DNA from: Vibrio vulnificus CMCP6 | GTDB taxonomy: Bacteria > Pseudomonadota > Gammaproteobacteria > Enterobacterales > Vibrionaceae | NCBI RefSeq assembly: GCF_000039765.1 | Contig: NC_004459.3 | Coordinates: 1,410,001-1,442,000 of the forward strand | Direction of reading: 5' to 3' | Length of the DNA stretch: 32,000 nucleotides | Part shown: in pieces, positions 17,455 to 27,501 of the stretch | How the letters are laid out: each line of letters starts with the position of its first letter | How positions within the stretch are numbered: the first letter of the stretch is position 1 | Translations under genes and position numbers: made by a program | Notes under the pieces: model-generated | What the model was told of the DNA's origin: nothing | The model's database searches: none | What the model saw: the letters and a program-made list of their open reading frames with translations, nothing else

Positions 17455-18143
17455 TGAGTTCTCGTGGTTTTACCTTAGTGGAAATGGTGCTGACGTTAAT
17501 TGTCGGTAGCATTTTGGTGCTGGGCATTGCGGGCTTTGTTGAGCTCGGGACAAAAGGCTATGCGGATTCAGTAGACAGGCAGCGTATCCAAACACAAGCC
17601 CAATTTGTGTTAGAGAAATTGTCTCGTGAATTTCGTCATGCTGTGCCGAACAGTTTCAGTGACAGCGGCAATTGTTTGTCTTTTTATCCAATTGTCTATT
17701 CGGGCTTTTACGCCGTGGAAGGCAATGATATTCGTTTTTTGATAGGCAATTCGAATGTTACGCCACCGTTGGCCAACGGGCTAAGCTTGGTCATTAATCC
17801 AAGTCGTCAGCAAGATCTTGTTAACGATTCATTTGATGTCTCAGGGTTAACTAACGGCGCGGGTTATTTTGCGGTGTTAAACCAAGCCGCCAGCTTAGAA
17901 AGTAATTCCATCAACCGTCGACACTATATTTTTAACGCCAATGGTCGTGTTGAATATTGTTTTACCGCAGGGCGGATCAGTCGCAACGGTGTGCAAGTCG
18001 CCGATAGTGTTTCCGCAGCAAGCTTCAACTACTTAGAGCCGACACTGCAGCGTGGTGGGTTAGTGCATATCAAGCTGACGTTTACGCAAAATGATGAATC
18101 GAGTCATTACCAACAAGATGTGCAGGTGCTCAATGTTCCCTAA
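17454..18143 (+). CDS. mshO: MshO minor prepilin
   Basis: Prepilin motif MSSRG/FTLVEMVLTLIVGSILVLGIAG; ATG 17454 overlaps the last base of the mshD TGA. Confidence 0.9.
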   Translation: MSSRGFTLVEMVLTLIVGSILVLGIAGFVELGTKGYADSVDRQRIQTQAQFVLEKLSREFRHAVPNSFSDSGNCLSFYPIVYSGFYAVEGNDIRFLIGNSNVTPPLANGLSLVINPSRQQDLVNDSFDVSGLTNGAGYFAVLNQAASLESNSINRRHYIFNANGRVEYCFTAGRISRNGVQVADSVSAASFNYLEPTLQRGGLVHIKLTFTQNDESSHYQQDVQVLNVP

Positions 18144-18549
18144 TCGACGTAAGCAACAAGGAAACATGCTGGTGGTCGCCATCTTCGTCATTGTGGTGAT
18201 GGGTTTTCTCGCCTCTTCATTGACGCGTATTAACTGGTCTAACAGCGATAATTTAACGCGTGAGCAGCTAGGTACTCAAGCATGGCTCATGGCGCAATCT
18301 GCCAATGAGTGGGCGTTAACTCAGCTCTATCCACTTGGCGTATCAGCCTCGGTGTCTACTGCATGTACTGCCATTCAAGGTGCAACGCCAAATGTCAGTG
18401 CCAATAGCCCTTGCCGCAATCCACAAATTAGTTGCCAATCAATTGGTACATTGCAAGGTGAGACTTTTTATCGCCTTGAGGCGAGCGCAGTCTGCGGGAG
18501 TGGTATAGTTGAAGTAGAGCGTAGACAAGAAGTATGGGTGAAGGAGTAA
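18133..18549 (+). CDS. mshP: MshP, pilin-like MSHA protein
   Basis: MFPNRRKQQG/NMLVVAIFVIVVMGFLASSLTRINWS (PilX-like N-terminus). The track start 18091 is internal to mshO; ATG 18133 gives a plausible short leader. Confidence 0.85.
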   Translation: MFPNRRKQQGNMLVVAIFVIVVMGFLASSLTRINWSNSDNLTREQLGTQAWLMAQSANEWALTQLYPLGVSASVSTACTAIQGATPNVSANSPCRNPQISCQSIGTLQGETFYRLEASAVCGSGIVEVERRQEVWVKE

Positions 18550-18552
18550 GTA

Positions 18553-21500
18553 ATGAAACGTTATATTCAATTGCTGTGGCTTACTCTTGTTATGCTGTTT
18601 TTTACTCCATTGAGTTATGGAGCGTCATGTAGTGTGCATGGTGAGTCAGATTTTACCATTTCCTTTCGTGTTACTGGTTCAAATACTTACCAACAGTTTT
18701 ATCTAAAGCAGGGAAGCCATGGTCATGTCCTTTGGTATACCCATCAGGAAAGAGTGGGTAGCTCTTACATCTTTAACGAACAAAATCTTGAAATTGGAAC
18801 GAGCTATGATGTTCGTATCACTAGTGATGCAAGTACTAATCGCCTCAATTATTATCGGAAGAAAGCGTCTTCTTCCGATTGGCAGTTTATTGAAACCAAG
18901 ATTCAAGATCTGCACAACGGCAACCTAAGTCCAGTCGATGGGGGAACAATTAGTAATGTCTCATGTGGAGGTGGCATTACTACGCCTCCCACCTATTCAA
19001 ACAATGCACAATTCGAGTTTGGCACACATATTTGTCAAAGTATGCCTTGTAGTATTCCTCTAACAAAAAATTATACCTACACGCCACTTGTATTTGTCAT
19101 GCCGACAATTGATTCAAGTAACCCGGATGCCGATGCGCCATCGACCTTGTATGTGTCATCTAACTTAGACTCGAATTCGACATCATTCACGATTAATCAA
19201 AGAACAAAAAATATATCAGGTAGCAACTTCACTCCGATTGCTATGACCTCGGTGAGTTACTTAGTGATTGAACCCGGTGTTGCCTCATTTGGTGGACATC
19301 AAGTACTAGCGGGATATATCAATAGTAACGCTGTCGCTTCCAAAAGTGGCAGTGACAGTTTTTCTCAAGTGAACTTCTCTTCTTTTGGATTGAACTCATT
19401 TAATGCCGATCCTGTGTTGTTGCACCAAATTCAAACCAACAACAATGCAGATAAATGGATGACATCGGGGCGGGTTTTACAGAGCTCATCAACAGCGAGA
19501 AGACAATCTGCCCAACTCTTTTTAGAGCTATCGGCTTCTTTAGTCTCTGGTTATAGCTACAAACAGGAAAAGATAGCTTTTCTAGCGACACTGCCAACTT
19601 CAGCCAATATTGCTGTAGACAACAATTTAGTTCAATTTAGTAATACTTTTCGTACGCCAAGTCAGTCGTTACCTGAACCGATGCAAGATGGGTGTGACAG
19701 TTATGCGACGACATCGCTGTCCAGCTTATCTGGTGTTGTTGCCAAGAAACAGGAAAGAGCAGGTGGACATGGAGGCTGGTTGCGTCGATGCAGTATTCAA
19801 AACAACGAAGTTAGCTTTGTTGTCGATGAAGACTTTAGTGATAGGAGCCACATTCGAGAGTATGTTGGCTATTTTGCATTTGAGCAACAAAGGCCGAGTA
19901 TTGATTTGTGTCAGTACTTTCCTCAACCTGCACAAAGCTGGAAGTCGGGCAGTGAATTGAATATTCAAAATAATGGCAGCTCAATATCCGGTTGGTCAAC
20001 AGACTACGTTAATGCGTACTTAGCAAACGGGGCTCTAAAAGTCGGTTTTGACACTATTTCTTATCATGCAGGATTATCTGGAGCATGTGATGTCGGTAGT
20101 TGTACTAGTGGTGGTTTAAAGGCGGGAACACCAAATCCCATTTCGCCTTCGTTTACCAGTACTGCAAGTTTATCTATTGATCAATGGAACTACGCAAGTA
20201 TCTGCGATGGAAATTATTGTAGTTACTCAAACAGTGGTAGTAATGAAGTTACAATTACGATTCTTAAACCGCTGAATACGTTGACAGTAAATGGTTATAA
20301 CACCCTTTCATTTAAAGTTGTGTTTAATGATGTTGGTGGACCTTATGGAACGGAAGTGAGGAGTTACAATCCTGGAGGTAAGGTTGAAACAGTCTTAAAA
20401 GCCAACGGTCGCTATGCTTTCCGAGATATCACTTTTTCAGGGACTGGTGGAAAGTTCAGTTTTGAAAGAGGTGTTGTTCTCTATGTTGTGAATTCATTTG
20501 TTCAAAACAACACAACCATCATGAATGATCTAGGTGGGCTAAAAGATATGATCATTTATGGACCAACGGCCACATTTAACTTCAATACTCCTACATCAGA
20601 TTTTGCTGCGCAGATTTTAGGGGATAGTGTGACGTTCAGTAACCCGATTACGTTACGTGGAGCAGTAACAACGAATCGGTTAACGATGAGCACCGGAAAC
20701 ATTGAAATTATTGGAGAAGGGGCGTGTCTGACACCAAGTTCAAATTATACTTTAGAACTTGTTCCAAGTAGTGATATCGCGTTGACCTGCGAAACCCTAA
20801 CGCCGACTGTTCGTGTGCTTGATAATGGTGTTTTAGCAACAAATTTCTCGGGATCGGTGACGGTGCTAGTTGATGGTATACCTCAGCAATTGACTCCTGT
20901 TAATGGCGTCCTTGAACAGACATTGTCACTCACTGTGAACCAAACTAAAACGGTTGCTGTTGAGGCCTACATAAATGGTGACCAAGCTAATACGACGGTA
21001 ACAGGGCAATATCAGTTTGTCCCCTTCAAATTTGCCATTGATGACCAGTATGTTGTCGCGAGTAAACCTCAATCTGTTGAAGCCCAAGTCATGGCGTGTG
21101 ACTCAGGAAACGTGGTTGATATTGGTTACAATGGTACGCCAGTTATCACATCAACATTGACCCAGCCATTAGGCGGTATGGGTGTACTGACTTATTCTCC
21201 AGTATTTGCTTCTGGTACTAGTACGAGTGATTTGACCTTTACTGATTCTGGAGTCGTGCAAGTGCAGTTGGAAGATGGAAACTTTGATTGTACTGGAGTG
21301 CAAGGTTGCCCTATTGAAGGTTCAAGTACATTAAAAGGCCAGTTCGTTGTGAACTCTCGCCCGTGGACGTTTGCAATCTGCAGTGGTGAAACGCCTGCGT
21401 TGCCCATGGATGGCACTTCATCCTCGGGGACTAAATTCAAACTTGCCTCTGAACGCTTTAACCTTCACGTAAAACCAATTGTTTGGCAGAGTGGTGGTGC

Positions 21501-22812
21501 TGTCTCAGGAGAGATTGAAACCAGCAGCTACTGTAATGCAGCGATTACCCAAAACTTCTTTGCCAGTAATGCGCCCAGTGCGGTCGTTGAGATGAGCAGT
21601 GCCTTGCACTCCCCAATGGGAGGGAGCACAAGTGTGTTACTTCAAGGAGACAATGGACTGAGCAAAGTACACAACATTGGCAGCGGTAGTGGTACAAATC
21701 AACACTATGATTTCACTCAGCTCTATTGGGATGAAGTGGGCAGCTTGAAAGTCATGGCGGATGCACAGACCAACTATCTGGGAATGGATATTAATTTGGG
21801 CTACCGCAATATCGGCCGTTTTGTGCCTGAAAAATTGGTGTTAGTGAGCAATAGTTGGACGTATGCGACCGGGCATTCGGGATTCGCGTACATGAACCAA
21901 CCCATTGAACACGCTTTTAGTGTTGAGGCGCAAAATGCTTCAGATCAAGTGACGCAGAATTATGGCTTGTTCGATTCAGCGTATGTTTCAGCCGTTTCTT
22001 ATTTCAATGTTGATAACGCGCACAAAGAAATCGTTGATCGGGTGAAAGATTATTCAACGTTAACTTGGCAACAACCTGCTTGGTCTTTAGGGAAACTCAA
22101 CATATCACTTGCTGATTTTGAGTTCGCCAAAAAAGCGACTGCGTCGACACCCTATACCACAGAGCCTGATGGGCCCTATACGCAAGGTTTTGGCTTGTGG
22201 GCCAGTACGGTGGTGGATGGCGTTGATTTTGAAAATAAAGAGTTGGAAGTGCATGATAGTGGCGCCATCGTCAAATCGGGCAAGGCATTTTCTGAGCAGC
22301 CAGATTTCCGCTATGGACGCATGCGCTTGCAAGACGTGGGTGGCTTTACTGGCAATCAAATTGAAGTGCCGTTAAGTGCGGAATATTGGAATGGCAGCCA
22401 GTTTGTCACCAATGGGGACGATTCTGGCAGTGACTTCGATGGCAGTCAGTTCTGTCGTCAGCTGATTTGGCATAGCCAAGCGCAAACCAGCAGTAATGCT
22501 TCACTTAGTGGCAGCGGTACCGTCTCGGTTGGGCGCTCGGATCAACTCTCTGCTCAGCAGTCGACAACCGATACCGACAATCAAATACGCGAGCAGGTGC
22601 GATTTTGGCTGCGCGTCAGCGATACCACCTTGCAAAAAGTCGCTACCACAGATAACGATATTCAGTGTAATGGCAGCGGTGCTCGTCCGTGGCTTCGTTT
22701 CAATTGGCGTAATTTAGGCGATGAAGACCCTAACGCTGTCGTCACCTTTGGAATTAACCGTGGAAACGATCGGGTTATTTACAAAGGTGAATCGGGCTTA
22801 ACGGGCCAATAA
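18553..22812 (+). CDS. mshQ: MshQ, large secreted/surface MSHA-locus protein
   Basis: 1419 aa, signal peptide MKRYIQLLWLTLVMLFFTPLSYGASC. The C-terminal half (GTKFKLASERFNLHVKPIVWQSGG...FTQLYWDEVGSLKVMADAQTNYLGMDINLGYRNIGRFVPEKLVLV) resembles MshQ C-terminal regions. Last gene of the msh cluster. Confidence 0.88.
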   Translation: MKRYIQLLWLTLVMLFFTPLSYGASCSVHGESDFTISFRVTGSNTYQQFYLKQGSHGHVLWYTHQERVGSSYIFNEQNLEIGTSYDVRITSDASTNRLNYYRKKASSSDWQFIETKIQDLHNGNLSPVDGGTISNVSCGGGITTPPTYSNNAQFEFGTHICQSMPCSIPLTKNYTYTPLVFVMPTIDSSNPDADAPSTLYVSSNLDSNSTSFTINQRTKNISGSNFTPIAMTSVSYLVIEPGVASFGGHQVLAGYINSNAVASKSGSDSFSQVNFSSFGLNSFNADPVLLHQIQTNNNADKWMTSGRVLQSSSTARRQSAQLFLELSASLVSGYSYKQEKIAFLATLPTSANIAVDNNLVQFSNTFRTPSQSLPEPMQDGCDSYATTSLSSLSGVVAKKQERAGGHGGWLRRCSIQNNEVSFVVDEDFSDRSHIREYVGYFAFEQQRPSIDLCQYFPQPAQSWKSGSELNIQNNGSSISGWSTDYVNAYLANGALKVGFDTISYHAGLSGACDVGSCTSGGLKAGTPNPISPSFTSTASLSIDQWNYASICDGNYCSYSNSGSNEVTITILKPLNTLTVNGYNTLSFKVVFNDVGGPYGTEVRSYNPGGKVETVLKANGRYAFRDITFSGTGGKFSFERGVVLYVVNSFVQNNTTIMNDLGGLKDMIIYGPTATFNFNTPTSDFAAQILGDSVTFSNPITLRGAVTTNRLTMSTGNIEIIGEGACLTPSSNYTLELVPSSDIALTCETLTPTVRVLDNGVLATNFSGSVTVLVDGIPQQLTPVNGVLEQTLSLTVNQTKTVAVEAYINGDQANTTVTGQYQFVPFKFAIDDQYVVASKPQSVEAQVMACDSGNVVDIGYNGTPVITSTLTQPLGGMGVLTYSPVFASGTSTSDLTFTDSGVVQVQLEDGNFDCTGVQGCPIEGSSTLKGQFVVNSRPWTFAICSGETPALPMDGTSSSGTKFKLASERFNLHVKPIVWQSGGAVSGEIETSSYCNAAITQNFFASNAPSAVVEMSSALHSPMGGSTSVLLQGDNGLSKVHNIGSGSGTNQHYDFTQLYWDEVGSLKVMADAQTNYLGMDINLGYRNIGRFVPEKLVLVSNSWTYATGHSGFAYMNQPIEHAFSVEAQNASDQVTQNYGLFDSAYVSAVSYFNVDNAHKEIVDRVKDYSTLTWQQPAWSLGKLNISLADFEFAKKATASTPYTTEPDGPYTQGFGLWASTVVDGVDFENKELEVHDSGAIVKSGKAFSEQPDFRYGRMRLQDVGGFTGNQIEVPLSAEYWNGSQFVTNGDDSGSDFDGSQFCRQLIWHSQAQTSSNASLSGSGTVSVGRSDQLSAQQSTTDTDNQIREQVRFWLRVSDTTLQKVATTDNDIQCNGSGARPWLRFNWRNLGDEDPNAVVTFGINRGNDRVIYKGESGLTGQ

Positions 22813-22866
22813 ATAATGTGGATTTTTTGCGCTAAGTAAGGAATCTGTAAGAATTTGGGGCTTTGA

Positions 22867-24009
<1,143 letters not shown>

Positions 24010-24017
24010 CGGTGATG

Positions 24018-24039
24018 GTTAAGCGCCGCGGCGTTTAAC
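24018..24039 (+). other. Hairpin in the mreB-mreC intergenic region (possible partial terminator or processing site)
   Basis: GTTAAGCGCCGCGGCGTTTAAC: near-perfect palindrome with one G-U pair, followed by TTT, 9 nt after the mreB stop. Confidence 0.55.
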
Positions 24040-24065
24040 TTTCAAACCTAAGGTTCTAAAACAAA

Positions 24066-24956
24066 ATGAAGCCAATTTTTGGTAGAGGTCCTTCTCTACA
24101 ATTGCGTCTTTTTTTTGCTGTCATTACATCAGCCAGCCTCATGCTGGCTGATGGTCGCTTAGATGCTTTCTCTGGTGTTCGATATTTCCTCAATAGTTTA
24201 GTCGCACCGATCCAATATACTGCTAACTTACCACGCAGCATGTTTGACGGTGTCTATGAGCGTTTTAGTACCCGTCAGTCTCTGCTTGAGGGGAATCAAA
24301 ATCTCAAGCGAGAAGTATTGAGACTGAGAAGTGATCTTCTGCTACTGGAACAGTACAAAGAAGAAAACCAGCGCCTGCGTAAGCTTCTTGGCTCTTCGTT
24401 TGTGCGTGATGAAAAAAAAATGGTCGCCGAAGTGATGGCGGTCGACACCTCTCCTTATCGTCATCAAGTGGTGATTGATAAAGGTCGTATTGATGGCGTC
24501 TACATTGGTCAGCCGGTGATCAACGAAAAAGGCATCGTTGGACAAATTACCTTTGTCGCAGCGCACAACAGTCGCGTGTTGTTGCTTAGTGATGCAAAAA
24601 ATGCGATTCCTGTGCAGGTGGTTCGCAATGATATTCGTGTGATCGCGTCAGGAAATGGTGATATCGACGAAATTCAGCTCGAACATATTCCAACCAGCAC
24701 CGACATTCAAGTCGATGATCTATTGGTGACATCTGGTCTTGGGGGCGTATATCCAGAGGGGTACCCCGTGGCTTACGTTACCTCCGTTGAGCATGACACT
24801 CGCCGAGAGTTTGCGGCAATAAAAGCTAAGCCTGTGGTGGAGTTTGATCGCTTACGCTACCTATTGCTGGTTTGGCCAAATGAAGATCGCCAACATAAAG
24901 TGTTGAACGCCAACGTAGATGAACATGCAACTCAAGAGGTGAGTGATGGCGAATAG
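24066..24956 (+). CDS. mreC: Rod shape-determining protein MreC
   Basis: 296 aa, MKPIFGRGPSLQLRLFFAVITSASLMLADGRLDAFSGVRYFLNSLVAPIQY, typical MreC N-terminus; follows mreB. Confidence 0.95.
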   Translation: MKPIFGRGPSLQLRLFFAVITSASLMLADGRLDAFSGVRYFLNSLVAPIQYTANLPRSMFDGVYERFSTRQSLLEGNQNLKREVLRLRSDLLLLEQYKEENQRLRKLLGSSFVRDEKKMVAEVMAVDTSPYRHQVVIDKGRIDGVYIGQPVINEKGIVGQITFVAAHNSRVLLLSDAKNAIPVQVVRNDIRVIASGNGDIDEIQLEHIPTSTDIQVDDLLVTSGLGGVYPEGYPVAYVTSVEHDTRREFAAIKAKPVVEFDRLRYLLLVWPNEDRQHKVLNANVDEHATQEVSDGE

Positions 24957-25434
24957 TGTGCTGCGCAGCAAGATAGTTATTGGTGCGAGCTTCTTCGTTG
25001 CCTTGGTATTGCAGACCATTCCTTGGCCCGGTGCATTGGATTTGTTTCGTCCTTCGTGGCTGTTGTTAGTGACCTGTTACTGGGTACTGGCACTGCCGCA
25101 TCGTGTTAACGTTGGCAGCGCGTTAGTGCTTGGTCTTTTGTGGGACCTCCTGATTGGCTCGACATTAGGCATTCGCGGCATGATGCTGTCGATCGTCGTG
25201 TATTTGGTCGCGTTGAATTTCCTCGTTATTCGCAACATGGCATTGTGGCAGCAAGCCTTGCTTATCGCCTTCTTAAGCGTGTTGCTAGAAGTATTCATAT
25301 TCTGTGGTGAATATTTGATCCAGGACGTAGTATTCAACCCATTATCGCTATGGACCGCAGTAATTAACTGTATACTTTGGCCATGGGTGTTTTTACTGTT
25401 ACGGCGCGTTCGTCGTCACTGGCATGTAAGGTAA
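24946..25434 (+). CDS. mreD: Rod shape-determining protein MreD
   Basis: Polytopic membrane protein MANSVLRSKIVIGASFFVALVLQTIPWPGALDLFRPSWLLLVTCYWVLALPHRVNVG; overlaps the mreC end. Confidence 0.94.
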   Translation: MANSVLRSKIVIGASFFVALVLQTIPWPGALDLFRPSWLLLVTCYWVLALPHRVNVGSALVLGLLWDLLIGSTLGIRGMMLSIVVYLVALNFLVIRNMALWQQALLIAFLSVLLEVFIFCGEYLIQDVVFNPLSLWTAVINCILWPWVFLLLRRVRRHWHVR

Positions 25435-25438
25435 GACG

Positions 25439-25999
25439 ATGCACAAGCTGGTTTTAGCCTCAGGCTCACCAAGGCGTAAAGAGTTATTGGCGCAACTTGG
25501 TTATACGTTTGATGTCGTGTTACCGGATATCGAAGAATGCAAGGCGGAACAAGAGACGGCCGCTGAGTATGTGTTGCGCTTGTCGCAACAAAAAGCACAA
25601 GCAGGGTTGGCTTTAGTGTCAGAGTCCTCCATCGTGGTGGGCTCCGATACCGTCGTGGTGTGTGATGGCCAAGTCTTAGAAAAACCACACCATTTTGCTG
25701 ATGCTCAGCGAATGCTCACGCAACTTTCAGATCGTCGTCATCAAGTGATGACGGCGGTGACTGTCGTAAGTGCAGAAAAACAACACTCTATCGTCGTGAC
25801 GACAGAGGTGTGGTTCAAGAAACTGACTCAAGAAGAAATCGAACAATATTGGCAGTCAGGTGAACCATGCGATAAAGCAGGCAGTTATGGAATTCAAGGT
25901 TTGGGTGGACGTTTTGTTACCCGTATTGAGGGCAGCTATTCCGCTGTCGTAGGACTCCCTTTGTATGAAACAGACCAACTGCTGCACGAATTCATATAA
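25439..25999 (+). CDS. maf: Maf-family nucleoside triphosphate pyrophosphatase (YhdE type)
   Basis: 186 aa, MHKLVLASGSPRRKELLAQLGYTFDV (Maf ASxSPRRxELL motif), SDTVVVCDG, YGIQGLGGRFVTRIEGSYSAVVGLPL. Confidence 0.94.
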   Translation: MHKLVLASGSPRRKELLAQLGYTFDVVLPDIEECKAEQETAAEYVLRLSQQKAQAGLALVSESSIVVGSDTVVVCDGQVLEKPHHFADAQRMLTQLSDRRHQVMTAVTVVSAEKQHSIVVTTEVWFKKLTQEEIEQYWQSGEPCDKAGSYGIQGLGGRFVTRIEGSYSAVVGLPLYETDQLLHEFI

Positions 26000-26021
26000 T
26001 TTCAAACATTGAGGTGTGCAC

Positions 26022-27491
26022 ATGAGTGCAGAGTTGCTGCTAAACGTGACCCCGAGTGAAACTCGCGTGGCCATGATTGAGGGTGGGGTACTCCAAGAAG
26101 TCCATATTGAACGTGAAGCCCGTCGTGGCATTGTCGGAAACATCTACAAAGGCAAAGTAAGCCGAGTTTTGCCGGGTATGCAAGCGGCTTTCGTTGATAT
26201 CGGTTTGGATAAAGCCGCCTTCCTCCACGCGTCTGATATTGTTCCTCATACGGAATGTGTTGCTGAAAATGAAAAGCAGCAATTCCAAGTACGCGATATC
26301 TCTGAACTGGTCCGCCAAGGGCAAGACATTGTTGTGCAAGTGGTGAAAGATCCGCTGGGCACCAAAGGGGCTCGCCTCACCACTGACATTACGCTGCCTT
26401 CTCGTTATCTCGTCTTTATGCCGGGCGCTAGCCACGTTGGTGTTTCACAGCGTATCGAAAGTGAGTCAGAGCGCGAACGTCTGAAGAAAATTGTTAGCCA
26501 TTACTGTGATGAACATGGTGGCTTTATTATCCGCACGGCGGCGGAAGGCGCTGATGGCAAAGAGTTGTCACAAGATGCGGCATTTTTGAAACGCCTGTGG
26601 CTCAAAGTCATGGAGCGTCGTAGCAAATACAAAACCCGTTCAACGTTGTACGGTGAGCTGGGGTTGGCGCAACGTATCCTTCGCGATTTTGTCGGAACCG
26701 AGCTGGATAAGATTTTGGTCGACTCTCGTCAAGAATTTGAAAACTTGAAAGAATTTACGTCAGAATACGTTCCAGAATTGACGGATAAGCTCGAGCTTTA
26801 CGAAGGGGATAAACCGATTTTCGACATGTACGATACGGAGAACGAGATTCAACGTTCTTTGGAGCGTAAAGTGGAGCTGAAATCGGGTGGGTATCTGATC
26901 ATTGATCAAACCGAAGCGATGACTACGGTGGACATCAATACCGGGGCATTTGTTGGCCGCCGCAATCTTGAAGAAACGATTTTCAACACCAACATCGAAG
27001 CGACGCAAGCCATTGCACGTCAACTGCGTTTACGTAACTTAGGCGGTATTATCATTATCGATTTCATTGATATGTCGTCAGAAGAGCATCGTAAGCGAGT
27101 GCTTACCTCGTTAGAAAATGCCTTAAGCAAAGATCGAGTCAAAACCAACATCAATGGCTTTACTCAGCTTGGTTTGGTGGAAATGACCCGTAAGCGCACA
27201 CGTGAAAGCATTGAGCACATTCTCTGTTCAAGTTGTCCAACGTGTGAAGGGCGCGGCAGTGTCAAGACGGTAGAAACCGTATGTTATGAAATTCTGCGTG
27301 AAATCACCCGAGTCAACCGAGCTTACGATGCGGACAAATTTGTCGTGTACGCTTCGCCAGCGGTGGCAGACGCTTTGCATGGTGATGAGTCCCATGCTTT
27401 GGCAGAGTTGGAAGTCTTTATTGGTAAGCAAGTACGCATTCAAGCCGAGCCTTTGTATATCCAAGAGCAGTTTGATGTCGTGATGATGTAA
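26022..27491 (+). CDS. rng: Ribonuclease G
   Basis: MSAELLLNVTPSETRVAMIEGGVLQEVHIERE; S1 and RNase E/G catalytic core (MTTVDINTGAF, GGIIIIDFIDM). ATG 26022 is preceded by GAGG. Confidence 0.96.
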   Translation: MSAELLLNVTPSETRVAMIEGGVLQEVHIEREARRGIVGNIYKGKVSRVLPGMQAAFVDIGLDKAAFLHASDIVPHTECVAENEKQQFQVRDISELVRQGQDIVVQVVKDPLGTKGARLTTDITLPSRYLVFMPGASHVGVSQRIESESERERLKKIVSHYCDEHGGFIIRTAAEGADGKELSQDAAFLKRLWLKVMERRSKYKTRSTLYGELGLAQRILRDFVGTELDKILVDSRQEFENLKEFTSEYVPELTDKLELYEGDKPIFDMYDTENEIQRSLERKVELKSGGYLIIDQTEAMTTVDINTGAFVGRRNLEETIFNTNIEATQAIARQLRLRNLGGIIIIDFIDMSSEEHRKRVLTSLENALSKDRVKTNINGFTQLGLVEMTRKRTRESIEHILCSSCPTCEGRGSVKTVETVCYEILREITRVNRAYDADKFVVYASPAVADALHGDESHALAELEVFIGKQVRIQAEPLYIQEQFDVVMM

Positions 27492-27501
27492 TGGATAGTT
27501 T

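Noticed and set aside
18091-18132. Upstream extension of mshP inside the mshO coding region
   Set aside because: ATG 18133 gives a normal short basic prepilin leader; the upstream part lies inside mshO in another frame.
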